Source: an uncultured Verrucomicrobiae bacterium (GTDB taxonomy: Bacteria; Verrucomicrobiota; Verrucomicrobiia; Chthoniobacterales; Chthoniobacteraceae). From it: DNA of 64,000 bases. Where the stretch lies: positions 448,001-512,000 of the forward strand of contig CAVYKI010000010.1 in the NCBI GenBank assembly GCA_963769025.1, in the 5' to 3' direction. A program made the position numbers and the translations under genes. Each line of letters starts with the position of its first letter. Position 1 is the stretch's first letter. The notes under the pieces were generated by a model, which was not told the DNA's origin, made no database searches, and worked only from the letters and a program-made list of their open reading frames with translations. Shown here piece by piece: positions 44,063 to 53,213 of the stretch.

Positions 44063-44647
44063 ATGAAATACAAAACCTACCTCCTGCTCGGCGCGCCCGG
44101 CAGCGGCAAAGGCACGCAGGGGAAAATCCTCGGCTCCATTCCGCGCCTGTTCCACCTCTCGATGGGCGACGTCTTCCGGGCGCTCGATACCCGGACGGTG
44201 ATCGGGCAGAAGTTCATCGATTACTCCAGCCGCGGGCAGCTCGTGCCGGATGAAATCACAATGGAGCTTTTGCGCGCGCACATCGGGCACCTCGTCGGCA
44301 TCCATGCGTTCAAACCGGACATCGACGCCCTCGTGCTCGACGGCGTGCCGCGCAATGTCGCGCAGGCGAAAATCATGGCCGACATGATCGAGGTCCGCCG
44401 CGTCTTTCACATGTCGTGCCCCGACCGCGAGCAGCTCGTCATCCGCATCCGCAAACGCGCGCTGAAGGAAAACCGCTTCGACGATGCGAACGAGGAGACG
44501 ATCCGCCGGCGACTCGTGACCTACGAGGAGGAGAGCAAGCCTCTGCTGGATTTCTACGGCCCAAAGCGCGTGACGAACGTCAACGCGCTCGCCGCGCCGA
44601 TCAATGTGGTGAAGGACATCGTCAGCGCGATCTGCGAGGAGAAGTAG
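44063..44647 (+). CDS. adk: Adenylate kinase family (short LID)
   Basis: LGAPGSGKGTQ, LSMGDVFR, GQLVPDE, LDGVPR, RFDD. Confidence 0.85.
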   Translation: MKYKTYLLLGAPGSGKGTQGKILGSIPRLFHLSMGDVFRALDTRTVIGQKFIDYSSRGQLVPDEITMELLRAHIGHLVGIHAFKPDIDALVLDGVPRNVAQAKIMADMIEVRRVFHMSCPDREQLVIRIRKRALKENRFDDANEETIRRRLVTYEEESKPLLDFYGPKRVTNVNALAAPINVVKDIVSAICEEK

Positions 44648-44656
44648 GCCGTCTCG

Positions 44657-45583
44657 ATGCGTGTTGTTTTCATCGGCACGGGCGACATCGCGATTCCCAG
44701 TTTTCGCTGGCTGCTGGATGAGGCGGGCGTCGAGGTCGCCGCGCTTGTGACGCAGCCCGACAAGCCGGTCGGGCGGCATCAGGAATTGCAGGCCCCGGCC
44801 ATCAAGCGCCTCGCGCTTGAACGCGGAATCCCGGTGCTGCAGCCGGCCCGGATGCGGGCGCCAGAGGCGGTCGCCGAAGTCCAGTCGCTCGGCGCGGACC
44901 TCATCGTCGTGATGGCCTACGGGCAGATTTTGCCAAGGGGCGTGCTCGATGCGGCGAAGGTCGCGTGCCTGAACCTCCACGCGTCGCTCCTCCCGCGCTG
45001 GCGCGGCGCCGCGCCGATTCAGGCGGCCATCCAGTCCGGGGATGAAAAGACTGGCATCACCGTGATGTACATGGATGAGGGGCTCGACACCGGGGACATC
45101 CTGCTCATGCACGAGACTGCCATCACGGCGGACGACACCGGCGGCACGCTCCACGATCGCCTGGCCGGCATCGCGGCGCTCGCCCTTGCGGATGCAGTCG
45201 CACTTCTGCGCGCACGCCGCGCGCCACGCACGCCGCAGCCCGCCGAGGGCGTGACCTACGCCGGGAAACTCACGCGTGAACACGGACATCTCGATTTTTC
45301 CGCCGGCCGCGAAGCGGTCGCTCGCAAAGTGCGGGCGATGAACCCGTGGCCCGCCGCTGCAACGGGCATCGGCGGCAGGCGCCTGAAAATTTTCGCCGCG
45401 TCGCCATTGGAAAGGCCGACGGGCGAGCCCGGCGTCTTGTTCCCGTGCATGGATGGCCTGCTCATCGGCACGGGTGACGGCACGGTGCTCGTCACAGACC
45501 TTCAGCTCGACGGGAAGAAGCGGATGGGCGCCGCGGAGTTCCTGCGCGGGCACCCGATTTCGTCAGGGGAAACGGCACAATGA
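44657..45583 (+). CDS. fmt: Methionyl-tRNA formyltransferase
   Basis: VTQPDKPVGR, AYGQILP, NLHASLLPRWRGAAPI, MDEGLDTGD. Confidence 0.95.
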   Translation: MRVVFIGTGDIAIPSFRWLLDEAGVEVAALVTQPDKPVGRHQELQAPAIKRLALERGIPVLQPARMRAPEAVAEVQSLGADLIVVMAYGQILPRGVLDAAKVACLNLHASLLPRWRGAAPIQAAIQSGDEKTGITVMYMDEGLDTGDILLMHETAITADDTGGTLHDRLAGIAALALADAVALLRARRAPRTPQPAEGVTYAGKLTREHGHLDFSAGREAVARKVRAMNPWPAAATGIGGRRLKIFAASPLERPTGEPGVLFPCMDGLLIGTGDGTVLVTDLQLDGKKRMGAAEFLRGHPISSGETAQ

Positions 45584-46200
45584 GCTCGAATTCCGCACCC
45601 ACTTCCAGCCGTCTCGAAGCGCTTGTCACGGCGCTCCGCGCCTGCACGCTTTGCCCAAAAATGCACCGCCCGGCGGTGAGCGGCGGCGCGGTCGTCTCGC
45701 GCGTGATGAGCGTGGGCCAGGCGCCGGGCGTGAAGGAACCGGTCGCGGGCCGGCCGTTCGCGTGGACGGCGGGCAAGACGCTCTTTGGGTGGTTCACGAA
45801 CGCGTGCGGATGGAGCGAGGCGGAATTTCGCGAGCGCATCTACATGGCTGCGGTGTGCCGCTGCTTCCCGGGCAAGACCAAGGCCGGCGGCGACCGAGTG
45901 CCCGACCCGGGCGAAGTCGCGATGTGCTCGCGGTGGCTCGCGGATGAAATCGAGATCCTCCGCCCCGCGCTCGTCCTCCCGATTGGAAAGCTCGCCATCC
46001 TGCAACTCATCGAATTCGACAAGCTCACCGACGTCATCGGGAAATCATTCCGCGTGAAGCGGCATGGCCACGAGTTCGACGTCATCCCGCTCCCTCACCC
46101 GAGCGGCGCATCGCCCTGGCACCGGATGGAGCCGGGCAAATCGCTTCTCAACCGCGCGCTGCGGCTCATCGTGAAACACGACGCGTGGCCGCAGCGCTAA
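45580..46200 (+). CDS. Uracil-DNA glycosylase superfamily protein (family 4-like, Fe-S cysteines)
   Basis: CTLC, VGQAPG, PF, CRCFP, LPHPSG; ATGA overlap with fmt. Confidence 0.85.
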   Translation: MSSNSAPTSSRLEALVTALRACTLCPKMHRPAVSGGAVVSRVMSVGQAPGVKEPVAGRPFAWTAGKTLFGWFTNACGWSEAEFRERIYMAAVCRCFPGKTKAGGDRVPDPGEVAMCSRWLADEIEILRPALVLPIGKLAILQLIEFDKLTDVIGKSFRVKRHGHEFDVIPLPHPSGASPWHRMEPGKSLLNRALRLIVKHDAWPQR

Positions 46201-46220
46201 GGGCAAAGGCCGGATTCCTT

Positions 46221-46361
46221 AAATCGCGGAGACGCAAAGACTCAGAGGCGCAGAGGAGGAAAAGACAGTGGCTTGAGAATTCCGAATCACAGCGCGCAAC
46301 CGGTCACCTTTTGCCAGTCGTTGCTTCTGCTTCCTCCGCGTCTCTGCGTTTCTGCGTTTCA
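46221..46361. repeat. Octamer inverted-repeat element, copy 3 (degenerate)
   Basis: TCGCGGAG-ACGCAAAG-ACTCAGAG-GCGCAGAG-GAGG ... CCTCCGCGT-CTCTGCGT-TTCTGCGT-TTCA. Confidence 0.8.
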
Positions 46362-46490
46362 GCCCGATGCGTGGACGAACCCGCCCTTCCCGGAACCGAA
46401 ACCCGTTCCCGCGGCGAAAAAGTAGGCATCTGCGAGGATTCGCTCGCTGCGGAGGTCTTCGGGAATGCGTCCGCGAATCCCGTTTGCCAG

Positions 46491-46778
46491 CTAGAACCGC
46501 ACGTCGGGCGGACGTGAGGCGGCCGGCGCTTCCTTCGGCATCGGCTTCACGGACTCGGACGGAGATTTCGTGCCGACCTTCGTAGCAGCCCACACAGTCC
46601 ACGCCACCGTCGCGATGAAGAGAGCAAACGCGATAAGCTTGAAGCCGAGCATCAAAGTGCTGCGGTCGTTCAGCCGGCCGCATCGCGGACAGGAGACCGT
46701 GGCTCGCCGCGGGAACCGCTCCGAGCACTGCCTGCACTGGACGAAGTTCTCACGACCGGCGTGATAGGACGTTCTCAT
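46491..46778 (-). CDS. Small zinc-ribbon plus single-TM protein
   Basis: CRQC...CPRC followed by a hydrophobic helix. Confidence 0.6.
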   Translation of the reverse strand: MRTSYHAGRENFVQCRQCSERFPRRATVSCPRCGRLNDRSTLMLGFKLIAFALFIATVAWTVWAATKVGTKSPSESVKPMPKEAPAASRPPDVRF

Positions 46779-47004
46779 CGCTTCGCTTCGGGAACCGGTT
46801 GCCGCTGCTCTGGGGGTTGCATCCAACATTGCGCGCGCTTCTACCAGAACACCTAGCCCCCGCCACTGAATATTCCGTTAGCGAAGACTATCGAGGGAAA
46901 ACACGACAGGATGCATCCGGTTTTTACCACACAGACAGGCCGGTTCTCCCCCTTTTCGCGTTTCGCGCTCGACACCTCCCCATCGCTGCCGCAAACGCCG
47001 CTGC

Positions 47005-47358
47005 ATGCCGGAGACCGCCGCCATCCACTACACCTGCCAGCGCTGCACGAACTGCTGCCGCTGGCCGGGCGTCGTCCGCGTCGGGCGCGAGGAAATCGCC
47101 GCAATCGCGTCGCACGTCGGGATGGGCGAGGACGCGTTCATCCAGCGCCACACGCGCCTGCGTCCGGACCGGCTTGGCCTCTCGCTTTTGGAAATGCCCG
47201 ACGGCTCCTGCGAATGGCTCGACGGGCGCGACTGCCGGCTCCAGCAGGTGAAACCCGCGCAGTGCCGCGCTTTCCCGAACGATTGGAACTTTCCCGGTTG
47301 GCGGGAAAAGTGCGAGGCGACGCCTTCGCTCGTGCGCCGCGGGATCGCCGCCGGCTAG
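47005..47358 (+). CDS. YkgJ family cysteine-cluster protein
   Basis: CQRCTNCC ... C.WL....C.....KPAQCRAFP ... C. Confidence 0.88.
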   Translation: MPETAAIHYTCQRCTNCCRWPGVVRVGREEIAAIASHVGMGEDAFIQRHTRLRPDRLGLSLLEMPDGSCEWLDGRDCRLQQVKPAQCRAFPNDWNFPGWREKCEATPSLVRRGIAAG

Positions 47359-48635
47359 AGCCAGTCCGCGGCGTCGGAGCGCAGCCAGTCGTGGAATCCG
47401 GCACCGGACTTCGACAGCACGAACGCGACCAGAACGAGCACGAGGGCGGCTGCGTCCCGGCGGCAAAAATGATCCGCGCGGCCGTGTCCGCGGATGAAAT
47501 TCAGCAGCGCACCCGTCGGGCAGCCGTAGTGGCAGTAGGCCATCGGCACGAAGCACGCGGCCACAAGTCCCACGACCGCGATGATGATCGTCGCCCACCC
47601 CGCGCTGCGGATCGCGTAGGCGTCGAATGGCTCAAACGCCGCAAGATCGTGCGGCAGCACGAGCATCACCACGCCGAGGATCATCAGCATCGTGAGAAAT
47701 GGCAGCCAGCGCAGGCCCGCGGCGAAGCGCTTTGGCAGCGCGATGCGCCAGCCTTTTGGCGCAAAGCGGGCGAGCAACTCCTGCGCGTGCCCGTGCGGGC
47801 AGAGGTGCTGGCAGTAGAGCGGCTTGCCGGTGGACCACGGGACGAGCAACGCCGCGGCAAGCATCAGCACAAGGCCCGGAGCCGTGCGCCACGGCACGCC
47901 ATTCTGCGCCCAGCCGATGAAGAGCGTCTGTGCGAGAAGGTCGGCATTGATGAACCCCACATATGCAATCACGAGCACCTGGAATCCGCGCCGCAGCCAC
48001 GGGCGTCCGTATGTGCCCGTAAACGCGAGCACCGTCCCCGCGAGCACCACCAGCGCGAGGCCCACGTCGCGCATTCCAAAGCGGAATGGCAGGGGCTGCT
48101 GCGCTGTCGCCGCATTCGCCGCGCGCAGGCGCCGCACGATGCCGTCGGCGAGCGCAAGGCTCGTCATGGATGCTCCGCTCACGCCTTCAATCCCCTCCTC
48201 CTCCGGCGTGCGCCCCGCGACCTCGTCCCACGAGCGCCCGTTCCATGTTTTCAAAAAGCTGCGATCCTTCCGGACATCGTCCACGTGATCGACGGTATCC
48301 TGGCTCGCGCGGATTCGCACGCCGACGACGTGCAGCGTCGCATCGAACGCGATGAGCGTGTTCGTCCACCCGCGGTAGCCGATGATGGAATCCGACACCG
48401 GCGCCGTCTGCAGCACGTAGCCGAGCCGCGTGCCATCCGGCCCGCCGACATGCCATCCGCCGCGATCTCCTTCATCGATCTCCAACGCGACCGCCGTGGG
48501 GAAAAGCGGCTGCACCTCGGCCAGCGTGAGCGGACGCAGCGACTCCACGCGCAACCGCACCGCGTGCTCGCGGAGGATCCACGCGACGGCGACGAGCATC
48601 GCAAGACGGAACAGCTGGAGGAGCGCACGGCGCAC
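47355..48635 (-). CDS. FMN-binding plus 4Fe-4S membrane protein (compact NosR/NirI-like)
   Basis: IIGYRG, flavinylation-like EGVSGASMTS, YCQHLCPHG and YCHYGCPTG; GTG start inferred. Confidence 0.8.
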   Translation of the reverse strand: MRRALLQLFRLAMLVAVAWILREHAVRLRVESLRPLTLAEVQPLFPTAVALEIDEGDRGGWHVGGPDGTRLGYVLQTAPVSDSIIGYRGWTNTLIAFDATLHVVGVRIRASQDTVDHVDDVRKDRSFLKTWNGRSWDEVAGRTPEEEGIEGVSGASMTSLALADGIVRRLRAANAATAQQPLPFRFGMRDVGLALVVLAGTVLAFTGTYGRPWLRRGFQVLVIAYVGFINADLLAQTLFIGWAQNGVPWRTAPGLVLMLAAALLVPWSTGKPLYCQHLCPHGHAQELLARFAPKGWRIALPKRFAAGLRWLPFLTMLMILGVVMLVLPHDLAAFEPFDAYAIRSAGWATIIIAVVGLVAACFVPMAYCHYGCPTGALLNFIRGHGRADHFCRRDAAALVLVLVAFVLSKSGAGFHDWLRSDAADWL

Positions 48636-48754
48636 AGGAGGCCACCTTGCCGGAAGCGCCCGCGCCTTTCCAAGCAGAGACTGGCGCCAGGCTCCGGCGC
48701 GGTGCACTCCACTCTTGCGGCGGGCGGCGGTGCCTTCGATAGTCCGCGCCCTTT

Positions 48755-50050
48755 ATGAAACAAATCGGCATCGGCTTGGCCGGATTCGGCACCGTCGCCG
48801 CGGGCGTGTTCAAACACCTCGCGGAAAACCGCGACCTGCTCTCGCAGCGCCTCGGGCTCGATCTCACCGTGCGTCGCATCGCCGTCCGCGACTTGAAAAA
48901 GACGCGCACCGTGGACGCGCCTGCCGCCATTTTCACCACCCGATGGCAGGACCTCGTCGATGATCCTCAAGTGCAGATCGTCGTCGAGCTGATGGGCGGG
49001 ATCGAGGAGGCGCGGCAACTCATCGTCAAGGCGATCGAGGCGGGGAAGACGGTCGTCACCGGCAACAAGGCGCTGCTCGCCGAGCACGGAAAGGAACTCT
49101 TCGACCTCGCGACGGCACGCCAGGTGCCGATTTTTTTCGAGGCCGCTGTCGCGGGCGGGATTCCGATCATCAAGGCCGTGCGCGAGTCATTCATCGGGAA
49201 TCACATCCAGTCGATCCACGGCATCATCAACGGCACGACGAACTACATCCTCACGCGGATGACCGAGGCCGGGCTCAACTACGCCGACGCTCTCGCCGAG
49301 GCGCAGTCTCAGGGCTACGCGGAGGCCGACCCCACGCTCGACGTGAACGGCTGGGACGCCGCGCACAAGGCGATCATCCTCGCGTCGCTCGCATACGGCA
49401 CGTGGATCTGCCCGTCGCAGGTGTTCGTCGAGGGCATCGAGAAAGTCACCGCGCGGGACATCGGCTTCGCGAAGAAACTCGGCTACCGCATCAAGCTGCT
49501 CGGCATCATCAAGGCCGACGAGCGCGGCCACATGGAGGTCCGCGTGCATCCCACGCTCATCCCCGAGAAGCACGTGCTCGCGAGCGTGAACGGCGTCTTC
49601 AACGCGCTCTGCGTCCACGGCGATGTCGTCGGCGAAACGCTCTTCTACGGACGCGGCGCGGGCCAGGATCCGACCGCGAGCGCCGTCATCGCCGACCTCG
49701 CGGAGGCCGCGCACGCGCTCGAGTCGAAGCGCCGCGACTTCGGCTTCATGCCGCATGGCCTCTACGGCACCTGCAAGCCGCTGGACGAAATCCTCTGCCA
49801 GTACTACCTGCGCATTCCCGTGGACGACAAACCCGGCGTGCTCGCGCAGGTCGCCGGCGTGCTCGGCTCGCTCGACATCGGCATCAGCTCGATGATCCAG
49901 CCCGAGAGCGATGGCCAGAGCGCGGTGCTCATCCTCATGGTCCACGACGCCACGCACGCGCAGGTGCGCAAGGCGCTCGAGCAGATTTCCGCGCTCCCGC
50001 CGGTGAAAGGCGAACCCATGCTGCTCCGAGTGGAGCATTTCGCGCCGTAG
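48755..50050 (+). CDS. hom: Homoserine dehydrogenase with C-terminal ACT domain
   Basis: GLAGFGTV, VVELMGG, TGNKA, EAAVAGGIP, GYAEADPTLDV, DKPGVLA. Confidence 0.96.
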   Translation: MKQIGIGLAGFGTVAAGVFKHLAENRDLLSQRLGLDLTVRRIAVRDLKKTRTVDAPAAIFTTRWQDLVDDPQVQIVVELMGGIEEARQLIVKAIEAGKTVVTGNKALLAEHGKELFDLATARQVPIFFEAAVAGGIPIIKAVRESFIGNHIQSIHGIINGTTNYILTRMTEAGLNYADALAEAQSQGYAEADPTLDVNGWDAAHKAIILASLAYGTWICPSQVFVEGIEKVTARDIGFAKKLGYRIKLLGIIKADERGHMEVRVHPTLIPEKHVLASVNGVFNALCVHGDVVGETLFYGRGAGQDPTASAVIADLAEAAHALESKRRDFGFMPHGLYGTCKPLDEILCQYYLRIPVDDKPGVLAQVAGVLGSLDIGISSMIQPESDGQSAVLILMVHDATHAQVRKALEQISALPPVKGEPMLLRVEHFAP

Positions 50051-50091
50051 CGTTCACCCCAGAACCGGCAGCCGACTGCGGCACACTCGGG

Positions 50092-50120
50092 ATGACTCCG
50101 ACCGCAGTTCGGAGTAGCGT
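50092..50120 (+). promoter_or_regulatory. Candidate promoter ATGACT-N17-TAGCGT overlapped by palindrome ACTCCGA-N7-TCGGAGT
   Basis: 17-bp spacing, 11 nt before ATG 50132; perfect 7-bp inverted repeat at 50095-50115. Confidence 0.45.
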
Positions 50121-50131
50121 CCTTGCGCCCG

Positions 50132-50944
50132 ATGCATGCCTCGCTGCTCACCCCCGATCTCCTCGCGCCCGGCGATCACAAGTCGGCGACGCTCGATCCG
50201 GCGCAGTTCAGCTGGAAGCGGATCCGTTCGTCCGCGGATCCTCTCTTTGAACAGGCCTACGCGGCGCTGTGGGCGGAGTTCGGCGCCGCGCACGAGCTGG
50301 AAAGCCGCAAGGTCCTCGCCGCGCGTTTCACCGGGGACGCGGCGATGCGTTACGAGATGATCCTCGCGCGTGCCGGCGAAACGACCGCGGCAGTGCGCGA
50401 TCAGACCATCATGTTTTTCGAGGGCGAAATCGTCGTCCACCTTTCCCATCTCCTCGTCGCTCCCAAGTGGCGGCGGAGCGGCCTCGCCGGGTGGATGCGC
50501 GCGGTCTCGCTCCTCTCCGCACGCGCCGTGGCATCTGCACACCGAAAGCCCGAGGCTCCCATCACGCTCGTCGGCGAGATGGAATACGACGACGGGAGCG
50601 ACCCTCGCCGCGCAGTGCGCCTCAAGGCTTACGAGAGGGCCGGCTTCCTGAAAATCGACCCGTGCGCGGTGCGCTACTTCCAGCCGGACTTCCGGCCGCC
50701 CGCGGAGATTGATGCCAGCGGTGGCGCGCGTCCCCTGCCCTTTCAGCTGATCATCCGACGCGTCCGCCGCGAAACGCAACGCAGCCTCCCCGGTTCCGAA
50801 GTGCGCCGCCTCGTCCGCGCACTCTACGCGATGTACGGCGCGCAGTTCCGCCCGAAGGACATGGCCCACCCGGCGCTGAACCTCGCAACTTACCCGCCCG
50901 ACGACGCCGAGGTGGCGCTGCTGCCTCCCACCGCAGCGCCTTAG
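50132..50944 (+). CDS. Divergent GNAT-fold acetyltransferase-like protein
   Basis: Motif A HLSHLLVAPKWRRSGLAG; motif B-like RLKAYERAGF; YFQPDF. Confidence 0.65.
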   Translation: MHASLLTPDLLAPGDHKSATLDPAQFSWKRIRSSADPLFEQAYAALWAEFGAAHELESRKVLAARFTGDAAMRYEMILARAGETTAAVRDQTIMFFEGEIVVHLSHLLVAPKWRRSGLAGWMRAVSLLSARAVASAHRKPEAPITLVGEMEYDDGSDPRRAVRLKAYERAGFLKIDPCAVRYFQPDFRPPAEIDASGGARPLPFQLIIRRVRRETQRSLPGSEVRRLVRALYAMYGAQFRPKDMAHPALNLATYPPDDAEVALLPPTAAP

Positions 50945-50962
50945 CACACCGGCACGATTCCG

Positions 50963-51904
50963 ATGCTCACCGCCTTTTACCACCCCGGCTACGCCGCCCC
51001 GCTCGGCGATCACATCATGCCGATTCAAAAGTTCGCGCTCGTCGCCGATGCGGTGCGTGCGATGCCCGATGTGCAACTCGCCGAACCCGCGCCGGTGACG
51101 GAGGCCGACCTGCTGCGCGTCCACACTCCGGAATACATCGCGGCAGTCCGGACCGGGCAGCCGCGCGCGCTCGCCGAGTCGCAGAAATTCCCGTGGTCAC
51201 CTGAACTGTTTCCCAGCGTCTGCCTCACCAGCGGCGGATGTCTCGCAGCTGCGCGGCAGGCGCTCCGCGACGGTGCGAGCGCGGCCGTGGTGAGCGGCTT
51301 TCACCACGCTTGCGCGGATCACGGCGAGGGCTTCTGCACGTTCAATGGCCTCGTGGTCACGGCCGACGCGCTGCTCGCCGGCGGCGAGGCGCTGCGCATC
51401 GCGGTGCTCGACATGGATCTTCATTACGGCAACGGCACCGCCCAGCTCGCCGCCCGCCGCCCGCACCTGTTCGCCGTGAGCATCTACGGCAATGACTACC
51501 GCGACAACATGCCTTACCGCGACGTCACCGCGCGTCGTCACGAGGACGGCGAAAATCATCGCTCGCACGCGCTGCCTGCCGGCTGCGACCGGGCGACGAT
51601 GCTGCAAATCCTCGAATCGGCGCTGCCCGAGATCGCCGCGTGGAAGCCGGACGTTCTGCTCTACCAGGCGGGCGCGGATCCGTATTTCGAGGATCCATTT
51701 TCACCGCTCGCGCTCGACGACGACGATTTGCGCGCCCGCGACTCGCACGTCTTTCAATTCGCGCGCTCGCACCACATCCCCATCGCGTGGGTGCTTGCGG
51801 GCGGCTACACCCGCGACATCACCAAGATCGTGCGGATTCATGCGGGGACGTTCGAGGCGTGGCATGCAGTGTGGAACGAAGCGCAGGGCGAGGCCCGCCG
51901 CTAA
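50963..51904 (+). CDS. Histone deacetylase family (Zn-dependent) protein
   Basis: GFHHA, GFCTFNG, DMDLHYGNGT, YQAGADP..ED, LAGGY. Confidence 0.93.
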   Translation: MLTAFYHPGYAAPLGDHIMPIQKFALVADAVRAMPDVQLAEPAPVTEADLLRVHTPEYIAAVRTGQPRALAESQKFPWSPELFPSVCLTSGGCLAAARQALRDGASAAVVSGFHHACADHGEGFCTFNGLVVTADALLAGGEALRIAVLDMDLHYGNGTAQLAARRPHLFAVSIYGNDYRDNMPYRDVTARRHEDGENHRSHALPAGCDRATMLQILESALPEIAAWKPDVLLYQAGADPYFEDPFSPLALDDDDLRARDSHVFQFARSHHIPIAWVLAGGYTRDITKIVRIHAGTFEAWHAVWNEAQGEARR

Positions 51905-51960
51905 GTGCGAAGCGCGGCGATTGCGGAGGCCGGATTATTGGGCGAAGGGTCACGCCTCCG

Positions 51961-53202
51961 ATGACGTTCCTCATCATTCTTATTCTCGTGGCCGCCGGCG
52001 ATCTGCTGTGGTGCATCGTTGCGCTCAAAAGACCGCAGCGGTGGGCCCGCTGGATCGGCACTGCATTCGGCGTGCTGCAGTTCACCGGGCTTGCGGTCAT
52101 CCTCTCATCCCGCGCGGGCGTGACGCTCGCAGACGCGATGCCGCGACCGCTGCATTCGATCATCCTCGCGTGGCATCTCGTCATCCTGCTCCCGTGGCTC
52201 GTGTGGCGTCTGCTGAGAGGGTTCGCCGTGCTCGCGCGAAAAATGACGCGTACCGTGCCTCACACGCAGCCTCCGGAGGCCAAGCCCCACACGGGTGTCA
52301 CGCGCAGGGAATTCCTCGGCACCGCCGCGGCGCTGACCCCGCCGATGCTCGCGCTCGGCGCGGCGGCCATCGGCGAGATCCAGCTCAACGATTTCCGCAT
52401 CCGGCGCATCGACGTTCCCATTCCCAACCTCCCGCCGGCGCTCGACGGGCTGACCATCGCCCATTTGTCCGACCTGCACGTGGGACGCTTCACGCGTGGC
52501 CGCACGCTGGAGCGCATGGTCGAGGAAACCAACCGGCTCGGCGCGGATGTCGTCGCGCTGACCGGCGATTTCATCAACCACTCCCTGCGCGATCTCCCGG
52601 CGGCTCTCGACGTCATCCGGTCCCTCCGTGCGCGGCACATCACCGCCGCCTGCGAGGGAAACCACGATCTCATCGAGAACGCGCAGACCTTCCGACGCGA
52701 AGCCGAGCGCGGCGGCCTGCCGCTTCTGCTTGGCGAAACCGCGACGACGACCATCCGCGGCCAGCGTGTCCAGTTGCTCGGGCTGCCGTGGCATCGCCGC
52801 GCGACGGGAATGCAGGGCGATGCCGCCTCGCTGCTCGCGCGGCGCGACCCTGCCGCGTGGCCGCTGCTCCTCGCGCACCATCCCCACGCGTGGGATTTTG
52901 CGGGCGAGATTCCGCTCACCCTCGCCGGCCACACGCACGGCGGCCAGCTCATGCTCACGGATCGCATCGGCGCCGGGCCGCTGCTGTTCCGCTATTGGAG
53001 CGGCCTGTACACACGCGCATCCGGTGCGCTGGTCGTCTCCAACGGAGTCGGCAACTGGTTCCCCGTCCGCATCCAGGCGCCGGCGGAAATCCTGCACCTC
53101 ACGCTCCGTCGCGCCGCACTCACGGTGGATGCGGACCACGGCGCCGCGAGGCGGCGCGAAATGATCGCCATCGGTTTGCCAAGGGCATGGCGCTCCGGGT
53201 AG
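51961..53202 (+). CDS. Membrane-anchored metallophosphoesterase (YkuE-like)
   Basis: 3 N-terminal TM; SDLH, TGDF, GNHD, AHHP, GHTHGGQ. Confidence 0.9.
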   Translation: MTFLIILILVAAGDLLWCIVALKRPQRWARWIGTAFGVLQFTGLAVILSSRAGVTLADAMPRPLHSIILAWHLVILLPWLVWRLLRGFAVLARKMTRTVPHTQPPEAKPHTGVTRREFLGTAAALTPPMLALGAAAIGEIQLNDFRIRRIDVPIPNLPPALDGLTIAHLSDLHVGRFTRGRTLERMVEETNRLGADVVALTGDFINHSLRDLPAALDVIRSLRARHITAACEGNHDLIENAQTFRREAERGGLPLLLGETATTTIRGQRVQLLGLPWHRRATGMQGDAASLLARRDPAAWPLLLAHHPHAWDFAGEIPLTLAGHTHGGQLMLTDRIGAGPLLFRYWSGLYTRASGALVVSNGVGNWFPVRIQAPAEILHLTLRRAALTVDADHGAARRREMIAIGLPRAWRSG

Positions 53203-53213
53203 CTACGGGCTCC

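Noticed and set aside
52297..52320. Internal Tat-like motif TRREFLG in the metallophosphoesterase
   Set aside because: Common in membrane-anchored YkuE-like proteins; not evidence of a separate gene.
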